Shown piece by piece: positions 1 to 10,103 of a DNA stretch of 64,000 nucleotides. The notes beneath the pieces were generated by a model, which did not search any database, had not been told where the DNA came from, and saw only the letters and a list, made by a program, of their open reading frames with translations. Both the position numbers and the translations under genes were made by a program. Source of the DNA: an uncultured delta proteobacterium (GTDB lineage Bacteria; Myxococcota; Myxococcia; Myxococcales; Myxococcaceae). The stretch is taken from the NCBI GenBank assembly GCA_963771175.1, contig CAVYSY010000033.1, positions 224,001-288,000 on the forward strand, written 5' to 3'. Position 1 is the first letter of the stretch. Every line of letters starts with the position of its first letter.

Positions 1-10
1 CGGCGGGTCG

Positions 11-1642
11 GTGGCCCTGCTGGACCTGGATGACCGGCTGCGGCAGCGGTCGAGCCCCGCGCTGTCGCTGCTCGGCTTCTCGGAGTCGGACCCGTACATC
101 CGGCTGGTGCGCTGGCTGGACCAGGCGGCGAAGGACCCGCGGCTCAAGGGCGTGCTGGTGAAGGTGTCGGACCTGCCGGGCGTGGACTGGGGCAAGGCGG
201 AGGAACTGCGCCAGGCGGTGCTGCGGCTGCGCGCGGCCGGCAAGCGGGTGATGGCGGTGCTCTACAGCGTGGACGACCGGGCCTACTTCGTGGCCTCGGC
301 CGCGGACGAGGTGTACGCGCTGCCCGGCTCCGCGCTCATCATCAACGGCCTGTCCGCGAGCGTCACCTACCTGGGCGGGACGATGGAGAAGCTGGGCGTC
401 ACCTGGGACGTGGCGCGCGTGGGCGAGTACAAGACGGCCCCCGAGCAGCTCGTGCGCCGCGACATGAGCCCCGCGCAGCGCGAGACGATCGAGGCCTACC
501 TGGACACCGAGGTGGGCCATTACGAGGCGGCGGTGGCGAAGGCGCGCAACATCCCCGTCGAGCGCCTCCGGGAGGCCTGGGCCTCGGGCCTGCTCACCGC
601 CCAGCGCGCCAAGGAGTTGGGCCTGGTGAACGGGCTGCTGCTCCCCGAGGAGCTGGACAAGAAGCTGGCGGCCCTGGCCCCCGGGGCCCACTACGACCCC
701 TACTACGCGCCGAGGGACGAGAGGGATCCGCGCTGGAGCGGACGCCGCCGCATCGCCGTGGTGCCGGTGCTGGGCACCATCGCCGGAGGCAAGAGCCGCG
801 AGTCCCCGCTGGGCGGCGAGGCCATCGCCGGAGCGGAGACGGTGGCGCTCGCCCTGGAGCGGGCCCAGAGAGACCCGTCCGTGGTGGCCATCGTGGTGCG
901 GGTGGACTCGGGCGGCGGCGACGTGCTGGCCTCGGAGCTGATGTACCGCGCGGTGCTGGAGGCGAAGAAGAAGAAGCCCGTCATCGCCTCCATGGGGGAC
1001 GTGGCGGCCTCGGGCGGCTACTACGCCTCCATGGGCGCGCATGAAATCTGGGCGTCCCCCACCACCCTGACGGGCAGCATCGGCGTCTTCTACCTCAAGC
1101 CCGCGCTGCGCGGCCTGCTGGGCGACAAGCTGGGGGTGAACCGGGAGACCATCTCCCGCGCCCCGATGGCGGACCTGCTCAGCCCCTGGAGGCCGTGGAC
1201 GGAGTCGGAGCAGAAGGCGGTGCAGGCCTGGGTGGACTCGGCCTACGACGACTTCATCACCGAGGTGTCCACCTCGCGCGGCCTGGAGAAGGCGAAGGTG
1301 GACTCCCTGGCTCGCGGGCGGGTGTGGTCCGGCTCGGCGGCGAAGGAGCGCGGGCTGGTGGACTCCCTGGGTGGGCTGATGGAGGCGGTGGACGCGGCAC
1401 GCAAGCGGGCCGGCGTGCCCACCACGGAGGAGTTGGATCTGGTACTGCTGGGCGAGTCGCACGGGCTGCTCTCCTCCCCGGGCGGAGAGCCGGGGGTGGC
1501 GCTGGCCAAACTCCTCCCCGCGCCCGAGCCCCTCCTGCCGCCGGGAGTACAAGCGCTCGTCCAGGAGGCGGGCCTGGATGCCCCCTGGATGGTGGAGTCC
1601 GGCCTGAAGGCCCTCCAGCCCTTCACCCTGACCGTCCGCTGA
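11..1642 (+). CDS. sppA: Signal peptide peptidase SppA (protease IV, S49), 5' end lies outside the window
   Basis: Tandem S49 domains; motifs RVGEYKTAPE, RVDSGGG, SMGDVAASGGYY, TLTGSIGV, ARGRVWSG; frame open from the window start. Confidence 0.93.
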   Translation: MALLDLDDRLRQRSSPALSLLGFSESDPYIRLVRWLDQAAKDPRLKGVLVKVSDLPGVDWGKAEELRQAVLRLRAAGKRVMAVLYSVDDRAYFVASAADEVYALPGSALIINGLSASVTYLGGTMEKLGVTWDVARVGEYKTAPEQLVRRDMSPAQRETIEAYLDTEVGHYEAAVAKARNIPVERLREAWASGLLTAQRAKELGLVNGLLLPEELDKKLAALAPGAHYDPYYAPRDERDPRWSGRRRIAVVPVLGTIAGGKSRESPLGGEAIAGAETVALALERAQRDPSVVAIVVRVDSGGGDVLASELMYRAVLEAKKKKPVIASMGDVAASGGYYASMGAHEIWASPTTLTGSIGVFYLKPALRGLLGDKLGVNRETISRAPMADLLSPWRPWTESEQKAVQAWVDSAYDDFITEVSTSRGLEKAKVDSLARGRVWSGSAAKERGLVDSLGGLMEAVDAARKRAGVPTTEELDLVLLGESHGLLSSPGGEPGVALAKLLPAPEPLLPPGVQALVQEAGLDAPWMVESGLKALQPFTLTVR

Positions 1643-1909
1643 CGTCATGGAGAGGACACCGGGAGGCGAAATTCTCCGGCCTCCCGGCCAGCCCTCTGTT
1701 AGTGTAGTGCATGGCGCTTTCAGGTCGGCCTCCAGGCCGCCTGGACGCTCCAGGGGCCGGCGGTTTCGGTCAGCGGGTAGCCCGTGCCAGTGCGCGGGAG
1801 TCCCGAAGACCCCGCGGCAGGCTTCTGTCCCACAGACATCGACCTCGCGCGCGTCTCGGCCGGGGGACCCCCCTCCCAGGGGACGCGCGCCGCAATTCCC
1901 GTAGGACCC

Positions 1910-3436
1910 ATGAGCGAAACCGACAACCGCGATCCCCGAGACCTGCCGTCCCCCGTGGCCGCCCGCGCCGAGACGCCGCCCGACCTGGACGACGGCGATG
2001 ACGAGGGCGACGAGGGCCCCGACGAGGGCGAGGGCTCGGCCTCCACGCCGGGGCAGCCCGGTGGTGGCCCGCAGCAGCCCGGCCAGGGAGGCCGCCGCCG
2101 CCGCCGCCGCCGCCGCCGCAAGGGCGCACAGGTGCAATTCACCCCGGACGGGCAGGCCTACCGCCTGGTGCCCGGGCCGGATGGCCAGCAGCAGCAGGTC
2201 TTCCTCACGCCGCAGGAGCTGCAGCAATACCAGCAGCGGCAACAGCAACAGCAACAGCAACAGCAGCAGCAGCCCCCTCAGCAGCAGCATCATCAGGGCG
2301 GCGGTCAGCCGAGGCACCATCAGCCGGCGCCCCAGCCCTCGCTGGCGCCGGTGGAGGGCGTGCTCGACACCGAGGCGAAGGGTCCCAACGCCTTCCTGCG
2401 GCAGCTCAAGCGCAACCTGCTGCCCGCGCCGGACGACGCGGAGATTCCGAAGAACCTGGTGCAGAAGATGCGGCTGCGCCCGGGCCAGTACATCAACGCC
2501 CTCGCGCAGTTGAAGGGCAACAAGGGCATCATCCAGCGAGTGGAGCAGGTGGACGGCCGCCCGCTGGAGCAGATGAGCCGCCTGCCGCACTTCGCGGACC
2601 TCACGTCCGTGGACCCGGTGGAGCGCATCAAGCTGGAGAACGGCCACCGCGAGATGGTGACGCGCGTGCTGGACCTGGTCTCCCCCATTGGCAAGGGCCA
2701 GCGTGCGCTCATCGTGGCGCCTCCGAAGACGGGCAAGACCATCATGCTGCAGCGCATCGCGCAGGCGGTGGTGGCCAACCATCCGGAGATCCACCTCATG
2801 GTGCTGCTCATCGACGAGCGCCCCGAGGAAGTGACGGACATGCGCCGCAGCATCAAGGCCGAGGTGCTGGCCTCGAGTTCGGACCGGCCGACGGGCGACC
2901 ACCTGAAGGTGGCCGAGCTGGCGCTGGAGCGGGCACGGCGCCTGGTGGAGAGCGGCAAGGACGTGATGATCCTCCTGGACTCCATCACGCGACTGGCGCG
3001 CGCCTACAACAAGGAAGTGGACAACTCGGGCCGGACGCTCTCGGGCGGCGTGGACAGCCGCGCGCTGGAGCGGCCCAAGCGCATCTTCGGCGCGGCGCGA
3101 GCCACCGAGGAGGCCGGCAGCCTGACGATTGTGGGCACGGCGCTCATCGACACGGGCAGCCGCATGGACGAGGTCATCTTCGAGGAGTTCAAGGGCACCG
3201 GTAACTCCGAGGTGACGCTCGACCGGTTCCTGTCGGAGAAGCGCATCTTCCCGGCCATCAACATCGGCCAGTCGGGCACGCGCAAGGAGGAGAAGCTCTT
3301 CACCCACAAGGAGTACGAGAAGGTGAAGAAGATGCGCCAGATGCTCTTCTCGGTGAAGCCGGTGGAGGCCATGGAGGCGCTCGTCAAGCGGCTCAGCCGC
3401 TACACCTACAACGACGAGTTCCTCGAGGAGCTGTGA
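1910..3436 (+). CDS. rho: Transcription termination factor Rho with N-terminal low-complexity insertion
   Basis: PIGKGQRALIVAPPKTGKT, LLIDERPEEVTDM, LDSITRLARAYN, MDEVIFEEFKGTGNSE; ATG at 1910 after AGGA preferred over ORF-track start 1784. Confidence 0.97.
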   Translation: MSETDNRDPRDLPSPVAARAETPPDLDDGDDEGDEGPDEGEGSASTPGQPGGGPQQPGQGGRRRRRRRRRKGAQVQFTPDGQAYRLVPGPDGQQQQVFLTPQELQQYQQRQQQQQQQQQQQPPQQQHHQGGGQPRHHQPAPQPSLAPVEGVLDTEAKGPNAFLRQLKRNLLPAPDDAEIPKNLVQKMRLRPGQYINALAQLKGNKGIIQRVEQVDGRPLEQMSRLPHFADLTSVDPVERIKLENGHREMVTRVLDLVSPIGKGQRALIVAPPKTGKTIMLQRIAQAVVANHPEIHLMVLLIDERPEEVTDMRRSIKAEVLASSSDRPTGDHLKVAELALERARRLVESGKDVMILLDSITRLARAYNKEVDNSGRTLSGGVDSRALERPKRIFGAARATEEAGSLTIVGTALIDTGSRMDEVIFEEFKGTGNSEVTLDRFLSEKRIFPAINIGQSGTRKEEKLFTHKEYEKVKKMRQMLFSVKPVEAMEALVKRLSRYTYNDEFLEEL

Positions 3437-3473
3437 GCCGCTGAGCCGACTCACGCGCGACGAGGCGCATCAC

Positions 3474-3512
3474 GAGGGCCTGCTCTCCGCGTACGCGGGG
3501 GCAGGCCCTTCG
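3474..3512 (+). terminator. GC-rich hairpin downstream of rho
   Basis: AGGGCCTGC...GCAGGCCCT inverted repeat about 40 nt after the stop; weak U tract. Confidence 0.55.
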
Positions 3513-3552
3513 TGCTGTAGCCTCCGCGCCAGCGAGAAAGGACGACCCCACC

Positions 3553-4332
3553 ATGCCCATGCTGCGCGTCGGAGACCTCGAGGTGAACTACCGCGAACGG
3601 GGCCAGGGAGAGCCCGTGGTGCTCATCCACGGCAACTGGACCACGAGCCTGTGGTGGCAGCCGACGCTCGAGCTGCTGCCGCCTGGATTTCGGGCCATCG
3701 CGTATGACCTGCGCGGACGCGGGCACACCCGAGGCCCCGACCACCTGCAGGCCATCCCCACGCTGGCGGAAGACCTCCACGGGCTGCTCGATGGCCTGGG
3801 GCTGATCCGCGTGCACCTGATTGGCCACTCGCTCGGCAGCGCGGTGGCGATGCAGCTCGCGCTCGACCACCCGGAGCGTGTGCACACCCTCACCCTGATG
3901 GCACCGGCCTGGGTCGATGGCATGCCCGCGGCGTACAACCTGCCCGCGCACCAGCTCGCGGCCCAGGACAACCGCGCCGTCTACGCCATGGCTCTACGTA
4001 GCATCGCCCCGACCGCTCCGGACAATGCGCTGTGGCAGCAGCTCATCGAAGAGGGACACCAGCAGCGCCGGGAGGCCACCCTGGCCACGCTCCAGGCCCT
4101 CGTGGACTGGGCCCCTGGCGAGCGACTGACCGCCCTACGTCCCCTTCCCTCTCTCGTGGTGAGCGGCACCAAGGACATGCTCTGCACCGTGGAATCGGGG
4201 CAGCGGTGTGCCAGCCTCATCGGCGCCCGCCAACACGTGATGAAGGGCGTGGGGCACTCGCCCAACCTGGAAGCCACGCGCGACTTCGTCGAGCTGTGGA
4301 AGGAGTTCCTCGCCCCGCACCGCGAGGGCTGA
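3553..4332 (+). CDS. Alpha/beta fold hydrolase
   Basis: VVLIHG, YDLRGRG, nucleophile GHSLG, C-terminal GVGHSPNLE. Confidence 0.9.
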   Translation: MPMLRVGDLEVNYRERGQGEPVVLIHGNWTTSLWWQPTLELLPPGFRAIAYDLRGRGHTRGPDHLQAIPTLAEDLHGLLDGLGLIRVHLIGHSLGSAVAMQLALDHPERVHTLTLMAPAWVDGMPAAYNLPAHQLAAQDNRAVYAMALRSIAPTAPDNALWQQLIEEGHQQRREATLATLQALVDWAPGERLTALRPLPSLVVSGTKDMLCTVESGQRCASLIGARQHVMKGVGHSPNLEATRDFVELWKEFLAPHREG

Positions 4333-4461
4333 AAACAGCCCTTCATCGCCCATTTCCAGACGATTGCCTGGACTCGAATCAGGGCGCTCCCGCTCCAGGT
4401 GGGAACACCCTGGTACGATTCGAGCTGACCAGGACGGAAGTTCCCGCGCGGGGGGAGTGAC

Positions 4462-5619
4462 ATGGCGCGCATGGAAGTGGGCATCAACTATCCGAGCGGC
4501 CCGGGCAAGAACAGCCCGACCTATGGCTGGGATTTCGGCATTCCACCGCCGGGCTGGGGACCGCTGCTCTGGAAGACGGTACTCGCGGATGACCTGCGGC
4601 AGTTCCGGGAGATCGGCTTCGTGGCGGTGCGCTGGTTCATCCTCGGCGATGGGCTGACCTACGGGACGCCGAAGGATGACCACCCGCCTCGGCTCGAAGG
4701 AAGTGACTGGCGCTTCACCCCGCCGCCCTCGCTCGATGGCAGCCAGATCATCGAGGACTTCCACTTCATGCTGGAAGTGTTCCGCCAGGCCAACACCCCG
4801 GGGAGCCCGCCCATCCGACTGCTCCCCTCGCTGATCGACTTCCTCGCGTTCAGGCCAGGAGTTCCGGTCAACGGGGGCTGGGTGAAGCAGGGCCGCGCGG
4901 ACCTCGTGCGAGATGCAGCGAAGCGCACGCACTTCCTCCAGACCGTGTTGAAGCCACTGCTGGAGCTCACCGGGCGGCCCGAGTACCGCGGGCTCATCTA
5001 CGCCTGGGAGCTCATCAACGAGCCCGAGTGGGTGACGTACACCGACAGGCCCACGCCGGAGCGGCCCCTCGCCGTGGAGGACATGCGAGCCTTCATCCGG
5101 GAAGGCGCGGCCCTCATCAACGGGTTCGGCTACGACCCCGTCGCGAAGCATGGCCACTTCCGCTCCTCGGTGGGCTTCGCGATGTACCACACGCTGTTCG
5201 ACCGACCCGCCTTCCAGGACTCCTTCGGGGTGTGGCGGCCCGCGGGGTGGAACTCGCCGGGACTCGGCCTGACCCTGCATCAGTTCCACCACTACGCGCA
5301 CCCGGCGCACCGTCAGGACAACCTCCTCGTCCCCCACCCGGCGGGACGGCTGGAGCGCAACACGTTCGATCCGCGCTGGCCGTGCATCCTCGGGGAGATC
5401 GCCACCGGCCCGGACTGCAACCCCTGGCCCGAGCTGCCGCTCCAGGACATCCACAACCGGCTGACGCTCGCCGAGCAGTATGGCTATCCCGCCACCTTCC
5501 TCTGGTCGGCCCGCCGCCCCGCCGAGGAGGATCTGCCCGGAGCCCCCACCGCCACGCTCTGGACGCCGCGCATCCGAGCTCAAATCCAGAAGTTCATCCG
5601 CCCGACCGGGGTGGCCTGA
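4462..5619 (+). CDS. Putative clan GH-A (GH5-like) glycoside hydrolase
   Basis: GINYP, AVRWF, acid/base motif AWELINEP, HQFHHY, candidate nucleophile ILGEI. Confidence 0.65.
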   Translation: MARMEVGINYPSGPGKNSPTYGWDFGIPPPGWGPLLWKTVLADDLRQFREIGFVAVRWFILGDGLTYGTPKDDHPPRLEGSDWRFTPPPSLDGSQIIEDFHFMLEVFRQANTPGSPPIRLLPSLIDFLAFRPGVPVNGGWVKQGRADLVRDAAKRTHFLQTVLKPLLELTGRPEYRGLIYAWELINEPEWVTYTDRPTPERPLAVEDMRAFIREGAALINGFGYDPVAKHGHFRSSVGFAMYHTLFDRPAFQDSFGVWRPAGWNSPGLGLTLHQFHHYAHPAHRQDNLLVPHPAGRLERNTFDPRWPCILGEIATGPDCNPWPELPLQDIHNRLTLAEQYGYPATFLWSARRPAEEDLPGAPTATLWTPRIRAQIQKFIRPTGVA

Positions 5620-5639
5620 GCGAGCCGCCCTCCGCCGGA

Positions 5640-7244
5640 CTACGCCACGCGGCCAATCAGCTCCGTCACCACCGTCTGCGTCCCGGTGAGGTCCGAGGAG
5701 TCACGCCGAGGCCGGGCTGTCTCCATCGCGGCGCCGTTCGCCATCCACCAGCGCTCGGCGTCCTCCTCCGTCCACGCGCCCGCGTCCGCACACGCATCCA
5801 GCGCGAGCCGCAGCTCGCGGGCGGAGTCGAAGCGGTCATCGGGATGCTTCGCGAGGCAGCGGAGGATGATGTCGCACAGGTCCCTCGGCAGCTCGCGACC
5901 CAACCGGGTGCTCGGCGGAGTGGGCGTCGTGTGCAGGTGGTGCGAGCAGATCTCCACCGAGGTGCGGCCCTCGAAGACATGGCAGCCGGTGAGCAGCGCG
6001 TACCCCACCGCCCCCAGCGAATACAGGTCGCCCCGCGCGTCCACCCGTCCCGGAGAGACAATGGCCTCCGGCGCGAGATAGAGCGGCGTGCCGACGACCA
6101 GATGCACCCGCTGGGCGGAGGCCTCCTCGGAGCCGCCCACTTCCTTCACCAACCCGAAGTCGAGCACCTTCACCAGATCCGGCACGCCGCGCCGTCGGCA
6201 CAGGAACAGGTTGGCGGGCTTGACGTCGCGGTGGAGCAACCCCTGGCCGTGCGCCTCCTCCAGCGCCCCACACACCTGACGCAGGATGTGGATGACCCGC
6301 GAGGGCGGCTGGGGCCCCGCGGCCGTGAGCAGCACGTCCAGGTCCACACCCTCCAGGTACTCCATCACGTAATAGAAAAGGCCCTCGGCGGTGCGGCCGT
6401 AGTCGTAGATGGCAATGGTGTTGGGGTGGGTGAGCTGGCTGGTGAGCTGCACCTCGCGCTCGAAGCGCTCCAGGCCCCGGCCGTCCGAGTCGGCGCGCAG
6501 CAGCTTGATGGCGGTGCGGCGGCGCAGCAGGGCGTGGCTGGCCAGGAACACCTCGCCCATGGCACCGGCCCCCAGCGGCTGGAGCAGCGTGTACTGGCCC
6601 AACTGCTTCGCGGCCTGCACCTGCTTGCGCAGGCCGTAGATGACGTGGGAGGTCAGGGTGGCGAGGGTGACGGCGACGCAGCCCCAGAGCAGGGCATCGA
6701 GCGTGGGCACCACGGAGTCGGAGCGGGACCCCGCGTGGGCCATCAGGATGACGACGAGCGCATCCGGCAGGGCGCCGAGCAGGGAGATCCAGAACGTCCT
6801 GCGCACGGAGCTGGGGACGATGACCGCGTGGCTGATGAGCGCGCCGTTGGTGCTCAGCAGCAGCGACAGCGTGTCGCGGTCATAAAAGGCATCCAGCTTG
6901 AGCAGGAAGAGCACGCCGAGCAGGCCCGCGCTGTCCATCCAGGACAGGGCGCGCAGGGAGCGGGGCCCGCCGCGGCACTGGAGCCAGAGACCGAGCGCCA
7001 TCAGGGCGCCGATCAGGTGGAAGGCGTAGCTGGGGTCCACCAGGGCGCGCGTCCACGGCACCTCGAAGAAGAGGACGGCGGCCAGGGTGGTGAGGGCGTA
7101 GAAGGCGAAGGTGAGCGAGCAGAGCGCCCGGTAGAGGAGCTCGAGCCGCTCCTGCAGAAAGGAGCGGGCCTCATCGGACGCGAGCGAGGCGGCGCCGAAG
7201 GAGGGGGGCGGCGAGAAGTAGGGTCTGACCGGGGGGCGCTCCAT
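5640..7244 (-). CDS. Membrane Ser/Thr protein kinase
   Basis: Several N-terminal TM segments; LGAGAMGEV, AIK, HRDVKPAN, DFG, GTPLYLAPE. Confidence 0.93.
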   Translation of the reverse strand: MERPPVRPYFSPPPSFGAASLASDEARSFLQERLELLYRALCSLTFAFYALTTLAAVLFFEVPWTRALVDPSYAFHLIGALMALGLWLQCRGGPRSLRALSWMDSAGLLGVLFLLKLDAFYDRDTLSLLLSTNGALISHAVIVPSSVRRTFWISLLGALPDALVVILMAHAGSRSDSVVPTLDALLWGCVAVTLATLTSHVIYGLRKQVQAAKQLGQYTLLQPLGAGAMGEVFLASHALLRRRTAIKLLRADSDGRGLERFEREVQLTSQLTHPNTIAIYDYGRTAEGLFYYVMEYLEGVDLDVLLTAAGPQPPSRVIHILRQVCGALEEAHGQGLLHRDVKPANLFLCRRRGVPDLVKVLDFGLVKEVGGSEEASAQRVHLVVGTPLYLAPEAIVSPGRVDARGDLYSLGAVGYALLTGCHVFEGRTSVEICSHHLHTTPTPPSTRLGRELPRDLCDIILRCLAKHPDDRFDSARELRLALDACADAGAWTEEDAERWWMANGAAMETARPRRDSSDLTGTQTVVTELIGRVA

Positions 7245-7438
7245 TCGCCCCTCCGTTCTACACCACCCGGCTCCCTCGTGCGGAGGGGGAGGCTGTGGGA
7301 GGGGAGCAGTGGCCAGGCATCGTCGAGGCCAACCTGACCACCACTCCGCTCCTCGAAGAGAGACGTGGCGGTCGACGAAGAGTGGCGCGGCATTTTGAAT
7401 TGCCGGCTCGGGGAGTGGCTCGTTAGGGTGTCCACCCC

Positions 7439-7810
7439 ATGACCAACCCTCGTCCCCTCCTCTCCGATGACAAGCGTTCCCCCGCCGTGGCCGAGGCTCT
7501 GGCCGGCTTCCACCGCGATGTCGTCGACCAGGTCCGCACCGCCGTGGAGCGCGACCCCGTAGTGGTGGTGGGCATGGCCCAGAACCCCTTCGTCAAGCGG
7601 GCGCGCCAGGCCCTCACCGAGGCCGGCGTCCAGTTCACCTACCTCGAGTACGGCAGCTACTTCGGCATGTGGAAGCAGCGGCTCGCCATCAAGCTGTGGA
7701 GCGGTTGGCCGACCTTCCCCCAGGTGTTCGTCCGCGGCGTGCTCATTGGCGGCTTCAACGACACGACCAAGGCCCTGGCGGACGGCTCCCTCAAGAAGAT
7801 GCTCGGCTGA
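7439..7810 (+). CDS. Glutaredoxin-like protein lacking cysteine
   Basis: WPTFPQVFVRGVLIGG monothiol-Grx motif; no Cys in the translation. Confidence 0.8.
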   Translation: MTNPRPLLSDDKRSPAVAEALAGFHRDVVDQVRTAVERDPVVVVGMAQNPFVKRARQALTEAGVQFTYLEYGSYFGMWKQRLAIKLWSGWPTFPQVFVRGVLIGGFNDTTKALADGSLKKMLG

Positions 7811-8037
7811 GCGCGGCGCCGCGCTTGCCCGTCCGGTTCCCAGGCCGCCAAGGCCCGGGACCCGCACGGGTTGCGCGAGCAGCCACCTCCGGGCGCAGGG
7901 ACTGCGCGTGCGCCCCTCGACGCGCCCTCGGAGGAGGGATGGCGCCTTCCTTGCATCGGAAGCCCTCAGCATCGGGCCTCCGGGAGCCTGGTCGCGGTGG
8001 CCAGGCATGGGCGGGGGCCCCCCACAGGAGCACCACC

Positions 8038-8538
8038 ATGCGAGCCATGCCTTCAAGCTACCTCCCCTATGCCCTCCTCGAGGAGGAAGAGACGGAGACC
8101 CTGCCCGCTCCCTCCTTGTGCACGGTGGACGAGGTGATGGCCCGCGAGGTGCTCGCGGTCCGCCCGGACATCAGCCTGCGGACGGCCGCCGAGTTGATGC
8201 TGGAGCACGCCATCAGCGGTATGCCCGTGGTGGATGAGGAGGGCCAACTGGTGGGGATGCTGTCCAAGACGGACCTGGTGCGTCACCGCATCGAGGACGA
8301 CGTGGAGGCCAGCGTGGAGGTGTTGCCCACGGGCCAGCACTTCCTCGATGGCAGCACCGCCGAGGATGTGATGACGCGGCAGGTGCTCACGGTGCCCGAG
8401 GGCATGTCGCTCGCCATGGCCGCGAAGATCATGGTCAACGCGGGGGTCCACCGGGTGCCCGTCGTGAACCAGATGGGCGCCCTGGTGGGACAGCTCTCCA
8501 CCACTGACATCGTGAGGTGGGTGGCGGGGCTGCCGTAG
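8038..8538 (+). CDS. CBS domain pair protein
   Basis: Two CBS repeats (VMAREV...SGMPVVD...VGMLSKTDL; VMTRQV...HRVPVV...STTDI); start 8038 or 8047. Confidence 0.88.
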   Translation: MRAMPSSYLPYALLEEEETETLPAPSLCTVDEVMAREVLAVRPDISLRTAAELMLEHAISGMPVVDEEGQLVGMLSKTDLVRHRIEDDVEASVEVLPTGQHFLDGSTAEDVMTRQVLTVPEGMSLAMAAKIMVNAGVHRVPVVNQMGALVGQLSTTDIVRWVAGLP

Positions 8539-8570
8539 CCGCTCCACGGCCTCCCCGCCCTGCCCTGCCG

Positions 8571-9800
8571 CTACTGCTGGGCCGCGGCCAGGGTGGTGGA
8601 GGTCGTGCCCGCCGGGAGCACGTCCTGCAGGGTCCGGCCCTGCACCCAGCCGTCGTGGTACACCACGCCCGTCTGAGCGATGGTGCTGTTCCGGTACAGG
8701 CCCACCTTCAGGTAGTTGCTCTGCCCGCTGTAGAGCGTGGCGGCGTTGCGCTTGGGAACGACGAGCTTCCCGTTGTGGTACAGCTCGACGAAGCCGTTGT
8801 TCGCGTTGGCCGACCACTTCACGTGGAAGATGAAGTCCTGCCACTGGCCGCGCACCAGCGGCGTGGTCCACAGCACGGTGGTGGCCTGGACGCGGAAGTA
8901 GAGGGTCTCCCCGTTGACGTAGAACTCCACCGGCGGCGAGCCGCTGTTGCCGTCGTGGTGCCACTGGGTGAAGAGCTGCCACGTCTTCGCGCTCGGGAAG
9001 TCCGAGGCGAACATCGTGCTCCAGCGGTAGAAGTACTCATCGCCCTCCTTCTCGCGCGTCATCTTCACCAGCTCGTTGCGGTTGCCGCTGGCGCTGATGG
9101 GGTTGTCCCCCTGCTTCACGGTGACCTTGATGGCGTAACGGCCCTCACGCACCGGCGAGGGAATCACCTGCAGGCGGTCCGAGCTGACCATCTGCGTGCT
9201 GCTCCACTGCGAGCGGTCACCCGTCTCGAAGTCGCCGCGCCACACGACGCTCGGAGCCCGTGCGCCCGACACGGCCGCCGCACAAGGACGCGCCTCGACG
9301 ATGCTGGCCCAATCGTTCAGGGTGTTGCCGTTGACGGTGACGCGCAGGCGGCGCGCGGTGGTGGCCGGGAAGGAGTAGGTCTCCGCCGCCGTCGTCGTGC
9401 CGCTGCTCTTGCCGGTGTAGACGGGCGTGTAGTTGATGCCGTCCAGGGAGGTGGTCACGACGAAGTTGTTGGCGCGCTGATTGCCCTGGTGCCACGCCAC
9501 GGCCACCCCCGAGACGGAGCGATTCGAGCCCAGGTCGTAATCAATCCACGAGCCCTTGCCGAAGTTGCTCCAGCGCGTGTCGAGCCGATCATCCAGCGTG
9601 TTGCCCGGGACGTTGCCGTCGTTGCCGCTGGCGATCACCGAGGACGCGGACAGTTGCGTACAGCCCGAGGCGGTCAGCGCGTCTTCCGCGACGGCCAGGG
9701 TCTCTTGCGACTCTTCGGAGACCAGGTCATCGGGGTGTTGTCCACAGCCAGCGCCGGCGAGGACGAGCAGGGCTTCAGCGAGCAGGAGTGTCTTCTTCAT
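8571..9800 (-). CDS. Lipoprotein with F5/8-type C (CBM32/discoidin) domain and polysaccharide lyase-like domain
   Basis: Lipobox LAGAGC; NTLDDRLDTRWS...WIDYDLG discoidin motif; RNEL, FTQWH, YLKVGLYR lyase-like motifs. Confidence 0.8.
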   Translation of the reverse strand: MKKTLLLAEALLVLAGAGCGQHPDDLVSEESQETLAVAEDALTASGCTQLSASSVIASGNDGNVPGNTLDDRLDTRWSNFGKGSWIDYDLGSNRSVSGVAVAWHQGNQRANNFVVTTSLDGINYTPVYTGKSSGTTTAAETYSFPATTARRLRVTVNGNTLNDWASIVEARPCAAAVSGARAPSVVWRGDFETGDRSQWSSTQMVSSDRLQVIPSPVREGRYAIKVTVKQGDNPISASGNRNELVKMTREKEGDEYFYRWSTMFASDFPSAKTWQLFTQWHHDGNSGSPPVEFYVNGETLYFRVQATTVLWTTPLVRGQWQDFIFHVKWSANANNGFVELYHNGKLVVPKRNAATLYSGQSNYLKVGLYRNSTIAQTGVVYHDGWVQGRTLQDVLPAGTTSTTLAAAQQ

Positions 9801-10103
9801 GTGGGAACTCTCCAGGGAGATCAGGACAGACAGCGGGAAGGCCGGGCCGCGCGAGCGGTCGGCGGACGGTGTTCAGGGGGTTCTGCGGACGCGGCTCTCC
9901 CGTTGCGCCAATCAGGGACGGAGCCCTGGCGCCGAAAGGGATTGCGCGTACGCGTGAGGCCTTGACTCCTTCAGTGCCCTCGAATGGCAGGCATGAGGAG
10001 GAAGGAGCATTCCCTAAATCTGTCTTGAGCTCAACACAACGCATCAAGCTCGCGTGAGGGGCAAGCAGGCAGCTCGAGGGAGGCGCCGGGTCAACCCCCG
10101 TTG

